Virus record (IMG/VR): IMGVR_UViG_3300020198_000024
Location: 1-52,850 of that record
Length of the DNA stretch: 52,850 nt
Direction: 5' to 3' (one strand)
From: a virus
Lineage: Duplodnaviria > Caudoviricetes
The position numbers and the translations under genes are program-made. Each line of letters opens with the position of its first letter. The stretch's first letter is position 1. Positions 9,221 to 19,611 of the stretch are shown piece after piece. Under the pieces are notes generated by a model. That model had not been told where the DNA came from and ran no database searches. It worked only from the letters and a program-made list of their open reading frames with translations.

Positions 9221-11138
9221 GCTTCTCCGGTCTGTTTACTTGTGTTTCAAATCTACTAGCAGCAACAGTTCTTGGAAACCTAAATTCTCCCGGTTCAACT
9301 CTAAGTAATTTTGTACCAGAATATTTAGCTAAATAATTTTTGTCTCCATGTTGAAACCAAATTTCTGACATGTCTGGAGAAACTTTTTTAATGTCTGGGA
9401 AGTATCCCTGATCAATTAATTGAGACACTTGAGTTTCAGCTTTTTCCATTAAATGTACTCCAGTTCCAGTACCACTAGATGGATTAGTTAATGATCCTTT
9501 GCCTGTTCCAGGAGTTGGAATTCTTTTAGCTGGAGAACCAGACACGCTTCCAGACGCCGTTCCACCATCTTGGCCAGGAACTGCCCCACCAGCTCCAGCA
9601 GCCATACCCATCATCTGTTGTTGCTGTTCCATGAGGCTAAGAAGTTGTCCTGAAACAGTGAAATCAATTTGATCAATTCCTACTCCCTGGCTTCTTAATG
9701 AAACTTCCGCACCCATCTGTTGAAGCAATTGTGCAATTGCAATTTTCAATTGAGCAAACATTAATCTTGTCGCTTCTGCTTTTTCTTCAGGAGTTGGAAG
9801 TTGAAGTGTCCAGTCAGTTATTCCAAACGCTTCCATAATAACTGGAAATACTTTTTCATGATAAATTCTTTGATCACCCTCAACTACTCTAGACATAACA
9901 ACAAGTTGTTGAGTCGCTGTTTGCATACCACCAAAAGCTTCTGGAGATCCTTGCCAAGTCGGAGTAACACCCCACATAGCAGCAACACGCTCTCTAATTT
10001 CTTGTCTTACTGGCAAATAATCCATTTCTTGTAGAGTATGGAATAAACGAACCATATCTACTCGACCACGATTTTGTCTATTCGAGACTGCAACCATTGG
10101 TATATAGTTCGGATCTTGTCTTGTTTTAGCTGCAATATTCTCTCGTTCAACTTTCAATGATTCTGGATCGTCTGTAAAAACCATAATCATTGAAGCTGGC
10201 ATTTTTCTTTCAAAGAAATAACGATAAAGGTTTTTATCCATTGCAATTAGAGTTAATGCTTTTTCAAAGATTGTTAAGATTGGGCTCCAACCATAAGTTT
10301 CTGTTGCCCGGAACTTTGAATGGTGAATAATCTCTGAATCGAGAAGATATAAAACTCCATTTGCATGGCGGTAAACCCACATTGCTGGAACCAGGTCTAA
10401 TCCACAGTCTTCTACATCACACTTTCCGGGTTCATTTTTAGATTTTTCATCACGATGAATATAGCAAAACCAATTAGAATTTTTTGGCAATCCTTGAGAA
10501 TCAAGATCAATAGTAACAAGGGCGGGATTTAAACGACGAATTTCTTTTATTTTTGAACGTATTTTTCCATCTTCAGTTCTAGCATATTCTTTGGCCAAAT
10601 AAAGAAATCCATCGTCGACTACATTAATATCTTCATGAAACTGTCTAAGAATTTCTTCAAATGAATTATCAAATACATTAGCATCTTTAAAATATGGTTC
10701 AAATTTTGCTTTTTGAGATTCGTCTGGTTCAGAGAACTCTTTAGATTGACAAACTTTGCATACCTTTTGTACATCTTGATATTCAGTTTTACAATTTTTA
10801 CATTTCACTGCAAACTTTGCCTTCCAAAGAATTCCTCTTCGGAAAACCTCAGAGACTATATGATGAATTGGAGCTCTAACTTCTTGACAAACAACTGAAA
10901 TTGTTTGAATATCTTGAACCAAGAACTGGCGATAAGCCATTTGATGTTGAACCCACATATTAATGACTTGATCAATTCCGAGAGTCGGAAGAGCAAATCT
11001 GGAGTCAGCATTTTTATTACCTTTTTCCAAGAAAGTTCCAGTCTCATGCATTTCTGAAAGAAACTTAGTTACAAAATTAAGATCAGCTTCTCGTTTAACT
11101 AAAGCTGGAATTTCAGGAATAAAGTCTTTTAGTTTCAT
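9192..11138 (-). CDS. phage portal protein with Cys-rich insertions
   Basis: EDINVVDDGFLY, IRRLNPALV, EIIH, YGWSPI, ERVAAMWGVTP pattern of HK97-type portals; near terL. Confidence 0.85.
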   Translation of the reverse strand: MKLKDFIPEIPALVKREADLNFVTKFLSEMHETGTFLEKGNKNADSRFALPTLGIDQVINMWVQHQMAYRQFLVQDIQTISVVCQEVRAPIHHIVSEVFRRGILWKAKFAVKCKNCKTEYQDVQKVCKVCQSKEFSEPDESQKAKFEPYFKDANVFDNSFEEILRQFHEDINVVDDGFLYLAKEYARTEDGKIRSKIKEIRRLNPALVTIDLDSQGLPKNSNWFCYIHRDEKSKNEPGKCDVEDCGLDLVPAMWVYRHANGVLYLLDSEIIHHSKFRATETYGWSPILTIFEKALTLIAMDKNLYRYFFERKMPASMIMVFTDDPESLKVERENIAAKTRQDPNYIPMVAVSNRQNRGRVDMVRLFHTLQEMDYLPVRQEIRERVAAMWGVTPTWQGSPEAFGGMQTATQQLVVMSRVVEGDQRIYHEKVFPVIMEAFGITDWTLQLPTPEEKAEATRLMFAQLKIAIAQLLQQMGAEVSLRSQGVGIDQIDFTVSGQLLSLMEQQQQMMGMAAGAGGAVPGQDGGTASGSVSGSPAKRIPTPGTGKGSLTNPSSGTGTGVHLMEKAETQVSQLIDQGYFPDIKKVSPDMSEIWFQHGDKNYLAKYSGTKLLRVEPGEFRFPRTVAASRFETQVNRPEKLDIENLDLA

Positions 11139-11189
11139 AAATTATGCTCCAATATAAAATGGATAAAGATTTTGATAAATAAAAGTCAT

Positions 11190-11621
11190 TTAATTCTCCA
11201 TTGAATCAATTGCTAATACTTTCAAAATATTGTCCATAGCATGCTTTTTAAGGGCGAAAGATTCTGTCATTGGAGGTGCCTCTGGAGTTTTTGGTTTAGC
11301 TAAAAGCATTTTCTGAAGATTTTCTATTTCGGCTTTATAGGATGAATTCTTTTCTGTCAATCTCTCAACTTCCTCTGAATTTGATGCGATCATAGCATTT
11401 TCAAGAATTCCCATTCTAGTAGCAGTTTTTACTAGATCAATAAAAGCTGCTTCAGGAAGAATTGTTAATGCTGGATGATCGTCTTCAATTTCATCTTCAA
11501 TATTAACGTTCTTCAAACTTGGATGCCAGGTATCAAGAAGTCTCCAAGTGTGAGTTTTTTCATCATATTGAGAAGAAAATCTATTTTCTCTTTGCTGCAA
11601 AGTACTTCCCATAGTTGTCAT
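11190..11621 (-). CDS. hypothetical protein (C-terminal coiled coil)
   Basis: ORF with GAGGTG RBS. Confidence 0.7.
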   Translation of the reverse strand: MTTMGSTLQQRENRFSSQYDEKTHTWRLLDTWHPSLKNVNIEDEIEDDHPALTILPEAAFIDLVKTATRMGILENAMIASNSEEVERLTEKNSSYKAEIENLQKMLLAKPKTPEAPPMTESFALKKHAMDNILKVLAIDSMEN

Positions 11622-11720
11622 TTCAATTCACCTCAATTAACTTGTATAAACAACATTTCTATTCAAAGAACACATATATTTATAATAAAAATTTCTTATT
11701 CTTTATATTGTATTTCAAAT

Positions 11721-14231
11721 CTAACATTTACTCCATCCACAGCTCTTACATTTAACGCAACCTTCAACATAGATTAAACCCATTGAATCCTTACAACTCT
11801 GGCAAAAAGAATCAGACAATTGAGTTCCATCTTTAACGTATTTCTTTAAGGCTCGAGAAACTCCATTTTTCCATGAATTTAACTCATCTGTACCAAAATT
11901 TAAGCTTGAAACAAGCTGTACTGCATATTGAGTTGGCATTCCATGCCGAAGAGTAGCAGATATAAACCTTCCGTAGTTCCAAAATTCTTCATTAAACATT
12001 TCATTCAGAGCTTCAATCTGCTTTTCAACGTCTTTATCCTTATAGATAAAATTGTATTTGCTCTTTCCGTCAATTTTAATTTTCCTAATGCTACCATAAT
12101 CAACGGAATTAGGAACTACAAATTTATCTTGTTTTCCAGTAAAAATTTCATATGGTTTACCTTCATACAATCCAACAAATGCAACCCATTTTTCCCCATT
12201 ATTTATAAATCGTACTACATCAGCATCAAGAACTCTTGGACGCTTTGGAGCATGATGTTCTTCAAATAATTCTTTCTCGGCTTCTTCTTTTGCAGTTAAA
12301 ACACCACTTCTAGCACCAGATCTATAAATTGTGATTCCTTTAAGACCAGATTTCCAAGATTTAAGATAAATTTCAGCTACTTTATCGACTAGTACGTTTT
12401 CTGGAAGATTAATTGTAGACGATATAGAATGTGTCGTCCATTTTTGTACAATTGATTGCATTTCAACCCGCTTAATCCAATCAATTTCTTCGGCAGTAGA
12501 ACCAAAATAAGGGCTCTTTGTAAAGTCTGATTCTCCTGTAATTTTCATCCATTCTTTAAGCTTTGGATGAAAAACATCATATTCTTGCCACTTATCTCCG
12601 AGGCTATCGACAAAATCAACTTTTGAATTATCGTGAACTTTACGTCTTCTCTTATATGAAAGCATATAAGCTGGTTCTATGCCAGATGAGGTTTGAGATA
12701 TAATTGCAGTACTGCCGTTGGGTGCAACTGTCGAAATTGAAATATTACGTCTACCATATTTTGACATTCTATCATAAACCGACGGAAACTCTTTAGAAAA
12801 CATCTTAACAAAATCTGACTGAAGTTCAATCTCAGAATTGTAATCTGTAAATGCCCCACGTTCAATGGCCATGTCAATGGAAGATTCAAATTCAGCTAAA
12901 CATTTCATTTTCATAATTTCATTTGTTACATTCATTGCTTGGTCGGAATCGAATTTAAATCCCAAAGCTGCAATCACATCACCAAGGCCAGTAAATCCCA
13001 ACCCGGTTCGTCTTCCGAGCATACCATTTCGTCTTAATGCTATCCAAGTTTGTTTTTCAGTAGCTTTAATATGCTCCGGCTCCTTATCTGAATCTATTTT
13101 GTTGATAATTCGATCAATTGATTCGATTTCTAAATCAACAAGATCATCCATTAGCCTTTGTGCCTTATAAACCACGTCGTACCAACGTTCATAATTAAAT
13201 TTAGCTGATTTAGTAAATGGACTATCTACTGATCCAAACATATTCAACGTAATTAAACGACAACTATCATTTGGATTAAGTGGCAATTCTCCACACGGAT
13301 TTGTTGAAGAATTTTTCCAGTTAGGATATATACTAGAAGTCGAATAATGGTGATGTCGATCCCAAAAGATCAGGCCAGGTTCAGCAGTATTATGTGCGCA
13401 TTTAACAATCTTATTCCAAAGATCTTGAGCATTAATTGTCTTAACAACTTCTGGATGATTAGAATCAATTGGCCACTGTTGAACAAACTCAGTATTCTTT
13501 TCAACGGCCTCCATAAATTCATCTGATATTCTTAATGAGATGTTTGCACCAGTTATTTTCTTCAAGTCTTGCTTAATTAACGCAAATTGTTCGGCATCTG
13601 GATGTTTAATATCCATAGTTATCATCAATGCCCCTCTTCGGCCATTTTGGGCCACTTCTCTGGTAGTATTGCTAAACCTCTCCATAAAGGAAACTGCTCC
13701 AGTAGAAGTTCCAGCAGCATTTGAGACTGCTGTTCCTTGTGGTCGTAATGTGGATATATCGATTCCAACGCCGCAACGCCTCTTAAAGAGCTGTGCTAAT
13801 TGCTGATCTGAGAAGAAAATACCAGAATAAGAATCATAAGGAGAATCAACCACAACACAATTAGATAGGCTTCCAAAAACATATGGATTACCAAGAATTG
13901 CCATGACGCTTCCCTGAGGGATAATGTGGTCAAAATTTTTAAAATAACTAAAAATTTCGTCTTCACTCATTGAAAGATTTTTTGAAGAAGAAAAGTAATT
14001 TTGCCCAAATTTAGATAAAGAGCTTGCCTTATAGGAATTAGAAGAATATTTATTTTCTATTCTAGCAAATTCTTTTGCCATACGTCTATGAGTATCTTCA
14101 GGGGTTTTTTCAAGGAAGTTTCCTCCCTTGTCTTTCATTGCATATTTATTGATCCACACGTCAGAAGCAAGATCATTTCCATTAAAAAAAGAAAGGGTTG
14201 ATTTTAGTACATCTTCTAGTTCATATACCAT
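11721..14231 (-). CDS. nrdJ: class II (adenosylcobalamin-dependent) ribonucleotide reductase
   Basis: LSNC, RRGALM, TNPCGE, RRTGLG, VAPNGS, SSGIEP, KGITIYR, C-terminal CxxC..CxxC; no nrdB nearby. Confidence 0.92.
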   Translation of the reverse strand: MVYELEDVLKSTLSFFNGNDLASDVWINKYAMKDKGGNFLEKTPEDTHRRMAKEFARIENKYSSNSYKASSLSKFGQNYFSSSKNLSMSEDEIFSYFKNFDHIIPQGSVMAILGNPYVFGSLSNCVVVDSPYDSYSGIFFSDQQLAQLFKRRCGVGIDISTLRPQGTAVSNAAGTSTGAVSFMERFSNTTREVAQNGRRGALMITMDIKHPDAEQFALIKQDLKKITGANISLRISDEFMEAVEKNTEFVQQWPIDSNHPEVVKTINAQDLWNKIVKCAHNTAEPGLIFWDRHHHYSTSSIYPNWKNSSTNPCGELPLNPNDSCRLITLNMFGSVDSPFTKSAKFNYERWYDVVYKAQRLMDDLVDLEIESIDRIINKIDSDKEPEHIKATEKQTWIALRRNGMLGRRTGLGFTGLGDVIAALGFKFDSDQAMNVTNEIMKMKCLAEFESSIDMAIERGAFTDYNSEIELQSDFVKMFSKEFPSVYDRMSKYGRRNISISTVAPNGSTAIISQTSSGIEPAYMLSYKRRRKVHDNSKVDFVDSLGDKWQEYDVFHPKLKEWMKITGESDFTKSPYFGSTAEEIDWIKRVEMQSIVQKWTTHSISSTINLPENVLVDKVAEIYLKSWKSGLKGITIYRSGARSGVLTAKEEAEKELFEEHHAPKRPRVLDADVVRFINNGEKWVAFVGLYEGKPYEIFTGKQDKFVVPNSVDYGSIRKIKIDGKSKYNFIYKDKDVEKQIEALNEMFNEEFWNYGRFISATLRHGMPTQYAVQLVSSLNFGTDELNSWKNGVSRALKKYVKDGTQLSDSFCQSCKDSMGLIYVEGCVKCKSCGWSKC

Positions 14232-14237
14232 ATGAAT

Positions 14238-14699
14238 TTAGTCTCCCTTTGAATACGACATTAATAAATGATATCTACGCTCTTCTTCAGCCCCAGACCA
14301 TTTCTCAACTTTTTCAAGAGAAAGAAGCTTTCCTGTATCTGATCTAATAGCATGAGTTTTATTGGTTTTATTATCATTTTTCTTGGCAATTTCTTTTAAA
14401 GCAGAACATATATTTCGATCATATGCTTTGCAATGTCCAATTACCACAAAAAGAACATCTCCTAACTCTAACGATGCTTGATCTAATTGCCTTTTTGAAA
14501 TGGCTTCTTTAAATTCATTAATTTCTTCGTCTAAAATTTGGTGACGCTCATTTTCAAAAAGTTCTTGAGGATCTCTTAAAACAAGCCCAACAACATTTCC
14601 GTCTTTCGATTTTGAACCTTCAAAGCCCCATCTTTCATGAAAATTCCAAACAGATTCTGCAATAATTTCAATTGCAGACATAAATTCGTCTTTTGTCAT
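14238..14699 (-). CDS. MazG-like nucleotide pyrophosphohydrolase
   Basis: EEINEFKEA..ELGDVLF all-alpha NTP-PPase motif. Confidence 0.8.
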   Translation of the reverse strand: MTKDEFMSAIEIIAESVWNFHERWGFEGSKSKDGNVVGLVLRDPQELFENERHQILDEEINEFKEAISKRQLDQASLELGDVLFVVIGHCKAYDRNICSALKEIAKKNDNKTNKTHAIRSDTGKLLSLEKVEKWSGAEEERRYHLLMSYSKGD

Positions 14700-16357
14700 T
14701 AATTTCCTCGATTCATTATAAGTTTATTAAGCTGTGCTTCCATTTTATTTGATTTACAAATAATACAAATTCCAGATTCTACATCATATCCAATATGTTG
14801 ATGACAAGTTGGACAGGAAATTTTATTTTCTTTTGGCTTATCAAATGCTTGGGAACCATAGACTGAAGAAATTGGTTTAGTCTCTGAAGATTCTATAAAA
14901 AAATTCATATCACCAAGATCAGTTATTGATTTAGTATCCAGCTCTTTTAAAGCAAGACAAGCAAGAGCACAAGAAAAAAATGAATCTCCATGTCCAGCAG
15001 GAGTTTCTGCTGCTTGTAAATCTCTATTAACACAAGTTATTTGACTTTTTTGGCGACTATCTTCGATTATGAAAAACATACCAGAATGGACATAATGATC
15101 AAATGCTGAAGCCATCTGAAATTTACTTTTTAAGGTAAATGTTATTGGACGCCAAACTCTATTAAGTCCACGATCTTCTAATTCAGCTTTTGTATTATCA
15201 TAATATCCTCTAGTCACATGAAATTTTTCTGCAATTTTATTTAAATGTTCAGCTTGATTATCATATAACCATTGATCCATAAATCGACTGTAAAGTTGAT
15301 AAAATTTTTCTTCTTTCTTACCAAAGACTACAATATGAGAAGGATGCTTTTTCTTTCCAATATCAAATCCAGCTACAACATAGTCATATTTTTTGATTTC
15401 TTCCTGAAGATCTTCAGAGTCTGGGTCGTAATTTCTTAAGTTAACATCTTCACACGACGTAATTTCAGCTTCTGAAAAGTAAGAATCTGTTGAAAGCCTT
15501 GGAGCTAGTAAAAATTCAGTCTCAAATGAAGAAGGAGAACTTTTTTTAATCTTAAGAAGATCTTCTTCTGAATAAAGCTCTGGGAATAAAACTCTTTTTC
15601 CAGGAAGTGGGTCAAGAGCCGGAAGAATAACTGAATTAAATCTCTCGTCTTCTTTTAATTTTGCTAACAAATCATCGGGAAGCATTGGAGTACCAAGAAC
15701 AATAATTGGACATCCCTTGTTTGGAATGAACATAGATTCTGTTTTAAAATGCTCTTCTATTTTATAGACTTGATCTGGGGTTAATGGATTTTGAGGATCT
15801 TTTAAAAGATCGTCTGCTACCATTGCTCCAGTATGCATTCCTCGTTTGAAGGCGTATAATCCACCATGTTCAATTTGAATTTGACGACGACCAATTTGAT
15901 ACCTAAATGAATAATCTGCATCGTTAGATCTATCTGTCATTATTGGATTTAAAACTGGGTTACGTCGAATAGCATTTTTAGCTTCTTTGATATGATATTG
16001 ACTCATCTTAGCGTTATATGAAAGATAAAGAAGAGAGGCGTCGCTAGGTTGCTTTAAAAGATGCCATACAGAAAATCCATGTCCAAGAATTGTACTTTTT
16101 AAATGCATACGAGGGAGAACTGCCATAAAATATTTATCTTCGGCTAAAGCCCTTTCAAGTTCATTACAGATGTAGCCAACATGCCAAGCATCAAAGTATG
16201 ACTTCTTTTCGTATCCTAGAGACCAAATATCTCGGATAAATTCCCAAAAAGTACCAACTTTAACAAATTTTACGTCTAATAGCTTATCTACAAGAGAAGC
16301 TAAGCCGTCAGAATAAGATACTAATTTTCCGCCTGGTTCCCTGTTCGTTCGTCCCAT
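14699..16357 (-). CDS. terL: terminase large subunit
   Basis: PRMHLKST (Walker A-like), RG.H..MVADDL (Walker B), LGTP, GFDIG and HGDSF nuclease motifs. Confidence 0.9.
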   Translation of the reverse strand: MGRTNREPGGKLVSYSDGLASLVDKLLDVKFVKVGTFWEFIRDIWSLGYEKKSYFDAWHVGYICNELERALAEDKYFMAVLPRMHLKSTILGHGFSVWHLLKQPSDASLLYLSYNAKMSQYHIKEAKNAIRRNPVLNPIMTDRSNDADYSFRYQIGRRQIQIEHGGLYAFKRGMHTGAMVADDLLKDPQNPLTPDQVYKIEEHFKTESMFIPNKGCPIIVLGTPMLPDDLLAKLKEDERFNSVILPALDPLPGKRVLFPELYSEEDLLKIKKSSPSSFETEFLLAPRLSTDSYFSEAEITSCEDVNLRNYDPDSEDLQEEIKKYDYVVAGFDIGKKKHPSHIVVFGKKEEKFYQLYSRFMDQWLYDNQAEHLNKIAEKFHVTRGYYDNTKAELEDRGLNRVWRPITFTLKSKFQMASAFDHYVHSGMFFIIEDSRQKSQITCVNRDLQAAETPAGHGDSFFSCALACLALKELDTKSITDLGDMNFFIESSETKPISSVYGSQAFDKPKENKISCPTCHQHIGYDVESGICIICKSNKMEAQLNKLIMNRGN

Positions 16358-16869
16358 TTTGCTATAACCAACTTAAGACGAGACCCAATTTGACTTCTAA
16401 TGTCTTCGTCTTTAACAACTTCTACAATCGCATCAAAAATATCTTGAACAAATTCAACGTGAAGAATTCCTGCTTGAACCGTCCTTTGACCTTTAATAGC
16501 TACATCTACGACTTTAGCCGCTTCACCAGCAGATTTCCAATCTAATGTTGGATAAGCTGCTTTTGCAGTATCAAGCAATAAATCATAATCTTCTAGTTGA
16601 CGTTTGGTAGAGGCTTTTCTTCTAGCTACCTCAGAATCAATTATTGACTTATTTGTTTGAACGGCAATTTCAGCTCTAATATCTGTCCAATTATTATTGG
16701 AAATCCAAGATCTAACTGTTGTATAGGTTAAACCTAAACCTTCATGCTTCTTATTCAGCTCATCGACAATGTCTTGAATCTTCGCATCTTTTTCAAGAAA
16801 AATTCTTAGAGCCTCATCTTTTATTTCAACTGGAAAAGAAGTTTGAACAGGATTCTTTTCAGCTACCAT
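16321..16869 (-). CDS. putative terminase small subunit
   Basis: N-terminal HTH (LTYTTVRSWISNNNW) and helical body, directly upstream of terL. Confidence 0.6.
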   Translation of the reverse strand: MVAEKNPVQTSFPVEIKDEALRIFLEKDAKIQDIVDELNKKHEGLGLTYTTVRSWISNNNWTDIRAEIAVQTNKSIIDSEVARRKASTKRQLEDYDLLLDTAKAAYPTLDWKSAGEAAKVVDVAIKGQRTVQAGILHVEFVQDIFDAIVEVVKDEDIRSQIGSRLKLVIAKWDERTGNQAEN

Positions 16870-17372
16870 TAAACATATCCCCCTCCAACCGGGTCAGGAA
16901 TATTACCACCTTGCGGCATTAGCTTTGTAAAGTCTATATGATCTGTAGCTCGACCGTCCTTACCCATCGTAAAACATTCCGGAACGTCTTTTTTATAAGA
17001 ACCAGATCCAGATGGACCCATAGTAATTTTAGACTTACGAATAGCAATCACTCCTCTAGAACAAACCCCGTCGTATGCATCATCTGGAAAATTCCACGGC
17101 TTTGAAAGTTCATTTTTTGACGCAGTCATAAACTTCTTTAAACCAGAAATCTTCTTATTCCAAACACAATCAAAGAAATTACAATAAACAAGAGTTGGGT
17201 TTTCTTCTTTTAATGATTCTTCAGAAACTCCCTTTGGCCATTCGTCAATAGCCTCTTGGTTGACTCTATCTACCGCTTTAGATTGTTCATCCTTTTCATT
17301 CAACTCAATTCCAACTGAATAGATCTTGTTGTGACCAATTCTAACTTTACTCCATGGTTTTCGTTCAGCCAT
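16869..17372 (-). CDS. hypothetical Cys-containing protein
   Basis: ORF with GAGGT RBS; C-x4-C..C..C. Confidence 0.7.
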   Translation of the reverse strand: MAERKPWSKVRIGHNKIYSVGIELNEKDEQSKAVDRVNQEAIDEWPKGVSEESLKEENPTLVYCNFFDCVWNKKISGLKKFMTASKNELSKPWNFPDDAYDGVCSRGVIAIRKSKITMGPSGSGSYKKDVPECFTMGKDGRATDHIDFTKLMPQGGNIPDPVGGGYV

Positions 17373-17386
17373 AACATAACCTCTCT

Positions 17387-17569
17387 TTACGCTTCTGGAA
17401 TAACCAATCCAGACTCTGTTTTAGCCTCTTCAGATATCTTTTCCATTTCTTTTATAAACCATAAAAAAAATGCAATCACGTCTTCGTGTTTGTAGCAAAA
17501 TTCTTGAGTATTATATCTCTTTTTTTCACACGGTGGAAAACGACATTTATCTTTTATAGCTAAAGTCAT
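17387..17569 (-). CDS. small Zn-binding hypothetical protein
   Basis: CRFPPC..CYKH; translationally coupled to upstream gene. Confidence 0.6.
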   Translation of the reverse strand: MTLAIKDKCRFPPCEKKRYNTQEFCYKHEDVIAFFLWFIKEMEKISEEAKTESGLVIPEA

Positions 17570-18033
17570 ACTTTAACCCTTTCATCAAATCCAGATAAAC
17601 CAATTGTTGCAGCATCACAAAAGTTTTGATCTTTAAAGTCTTTCTTCTTGCCAAAAGTCTTAATCGCAAAAGCTTGAACTTGCTCTTTTTTAGCCCAAGG
17701 ATCTTTTATAGTTTTCTTTTTCCATGAAGTTACAGTTATTAATTCAAATGGAATCTTAAATTCAGATAAAGTCAATTGAACTCCAGCTACTACTTTTGCT
17801 ATAGCTACTGTTGTTGCTGGATTTTGAATATAAAGCTCTTTTTCTACCATAGCCTTGTTAATTATTTTAATAGAACGTTTCATTTTCTTTTTAAAAGCTG
17901 GTACAATTTCAAGAAATCTTTCATCAGAAAGTGCTGCTTTACTCTCACATTTAAATAACTTCTTTAATTTTTTATCATCATCTAAAATTGCTACATGAAT
18001 AGCTTTAGAAGAACAATCAATTCCTACTTTCAT
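17566..18033 (-). CDS. ruvC: RuvC-like Holliday junction resolvase
   Basis: VGIDCS, MVEK, SWKK, AKKEQV, CDAATIG. Confidence 0.8.
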   Translation of the reverse strand: MKVGIDCSSKAIHVAILDDDKKLKKLFKCESKAALSDERFLEIVPAFKKKMKRSIKIINKAMVEKELYIQNPATTVAIAKVVAGVQLTLSEFKIPFELITVTSWKKKTIKDPWAKKEQVQAFAIKTFGKKKDFKDQNFCDAATIGLSGFDERVKV

Positions 18034-18092
18034 TTTTTGTTTTACTCATAATATTTGATGTTAACATAATGTATCTATTTATTATATGATGA

Positions 18093-18596
18093 TTAGATGT
18101 CATTACTTATAACTCCAGTTGTTCTTAATGAAACTACTCGGGATACAGCAAAATAGGCTGTATCATAAGCATCCTTTATTCCATTTAATTTTGAAATAGT
18201 AGCTTCAAGTTCAATTTTTTGGAGTTTTATCTTTTTGAGGTCCTCAGAAGATTCCATAGCTTCACCATGTAAAACTTCCCGAAGAACTCTTTTTGCCCCA
18301 GAAGAAGTATATTTTCTGTCTAATTCAGATACTTTTCGAGACAGAGCCTCATCAAAAATTGCGTCCAATGCACCTTTTCTCGAAGTTAAATCTGCTAATT
18401 GTAGCTTAACATAAACAAGATAGCCACCAAAAACTGATATATATTCTTCTAACTGCTTATTGGTTGAAGAAGGTAGATTTCCAAGAGAAATATTTTTCTT
18501 TTGGGAAATAGTTGAAACATCAATTTCTGGAATACCAAGATCTTTTAAATATTGATTAGATTTAACAATAACTCCATCATATATTTTTTGCAACAT
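18093..18596 (-). CDS. helical protein, possible UvsY-like recombination mediator
   Basis: Coiled coil ending AVSRVVSLR; located in the RecA/exonuclease cluster. Confidence 0.45.
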   Translation of the reverse strand: MLQKIYDGVIVKSNQYLKDLGIPEIDVSTISQKKNISLGNLPSSTNKQLEEYISVFGGYLVYVKLQLADLTSRKGALDAIFDEALSRKVSELDRKYTSSGAKRVLREVLHGEAMESSEDLKKIKLQKIELEATISKLNGIKDAYDTAYFAVSRVVSLRTTGVISNDI

Positions 18597-19283
18597 TTAA
18601 GACTCATCTTTCACTAATAAACATGGGCAATATCTATCATGAATTCCTTCGACTTCATGAAGTCGAGGCATAATACCCATATTTATAATCTTCTCACACC
18701 TCTTCAATATATTTTTCCAAGCACTTTTGCTCTGCTTAAGATCAAATATCTTTATATCTTGATTATCTTTACATTCATAAAGAACTCCACCTTGTTTAAT
18801 ATCAAGCATATTGAGATAAATTTGAAGTTGAGTCGCATGATCTGATTTTGGACCAGACAAACCAGAAAATCCATCTTTATTGATTGTCTTTAATTCCACT
18901 ACATAAATTAAACCATTCATATTAAGTAAAAAGTCTGCACGACCAGATATTGGTGGAAATTGATGCTTAACTACCACTTCTTCGTCAACCAGATAACCAA
19001 GCTGTGAAAAATATTTTTTATATCTACTTTGAGTAGCATTTCCGTGATCGAATATACGATTTAACTGCGGACTTATTTCACTAGATGGCAATCCAACATG
19101 ATATGAAAGAAAAAGAGCTCGATCACAAGAATTTCCTAAAGCAGACGGATAAAAAGTACCTTTTCTTGATTCCCCTGGAGCAACATAAAGATGCTTATCA
19201 ATACTTTTAACTAATTCTTCTCCAAATAGCTCTTCTTTAAGAGTATTCTTTTTGTTTGTAGATATTTCTTTTATTCCTGGCAT
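18597..19283 (-). CDS. Cas4-like PD-(D/E)XK exonuclease
   Basis: YPSALGNSCDR, SGRADF, ELKT, QLQIYL, YCPC. Confidence 0.85.
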   Translation of the reverse strand: MPGIKEISTNKKNTLKEELFGEELVKSIDKHLYVAPGESRKGTFYPSALGNSCDRALFLSYHVGLPSSEISPQLNRIFDHGNATQSRYKKYFSQLGYLVDEEVVVKHQFPPISGRADFLLNMNGLIYVVELKTINKDGFSGLSGPKSDHATQLQIYLNMLDIKQGGVLYECKDNQDIKIFDLKQSKSAWKNILKRCEKIINMGIMPRLHEVEGIHDRYCPCLLVKDES

Positions 19284-19600
19284 TTTAATTCCTCGTCAAT
19301 ATCAAAAACCTCTCTCAATAGAATTTTTCTAATCTCATCTATTTTATTTGTTTTGATATGAATAATTTTTTTAATTCCAAACTCTTTAAGCTTTTCGTCT
19401 CTAATAGAATCTGCTTTCTTAAAATGACCATAAAGACCGTCAGCTTCAACAACATAAGGGACATCTTGAATTAAGAAGTCCACCCAGTAATTTCCGATAG
19501 TCACCTGTTCTTGAAAACGTAATCCAAGTTCCCTTAGAATATCTGATATTTTTTTCTCTTGTTTAGTCCCAGATTTAGGTGGCTTTTGAATTAATGACAT
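19271..19600 (-). CDS. DUF559/Vsr-like endonuclease
   Basis: QEK..FQEQ.IGNYWVDF..VVEADG.YGH..D..RD. Confidence 0.8.
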   Translation of the reverse strand: MSLIQKPPKSGTKQEKKISDILRELGLRFQEQVTIGNYWVDFLIQDVPYVVEADGLYGHFKKADSIRDEKLKEFGIKKIIHIKTNKIDEIRKILLREVFDIDEELKCQE

Positions 19601-19611
19601 AAGTTTATCAA

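Noticed and set aside
18597-19283. Cas4-like gene as sign of CRISPR-Cas
   Set aside because: No other cas genes or repeat-spacer array; sits in a RecA/RuvC recombination cluster.
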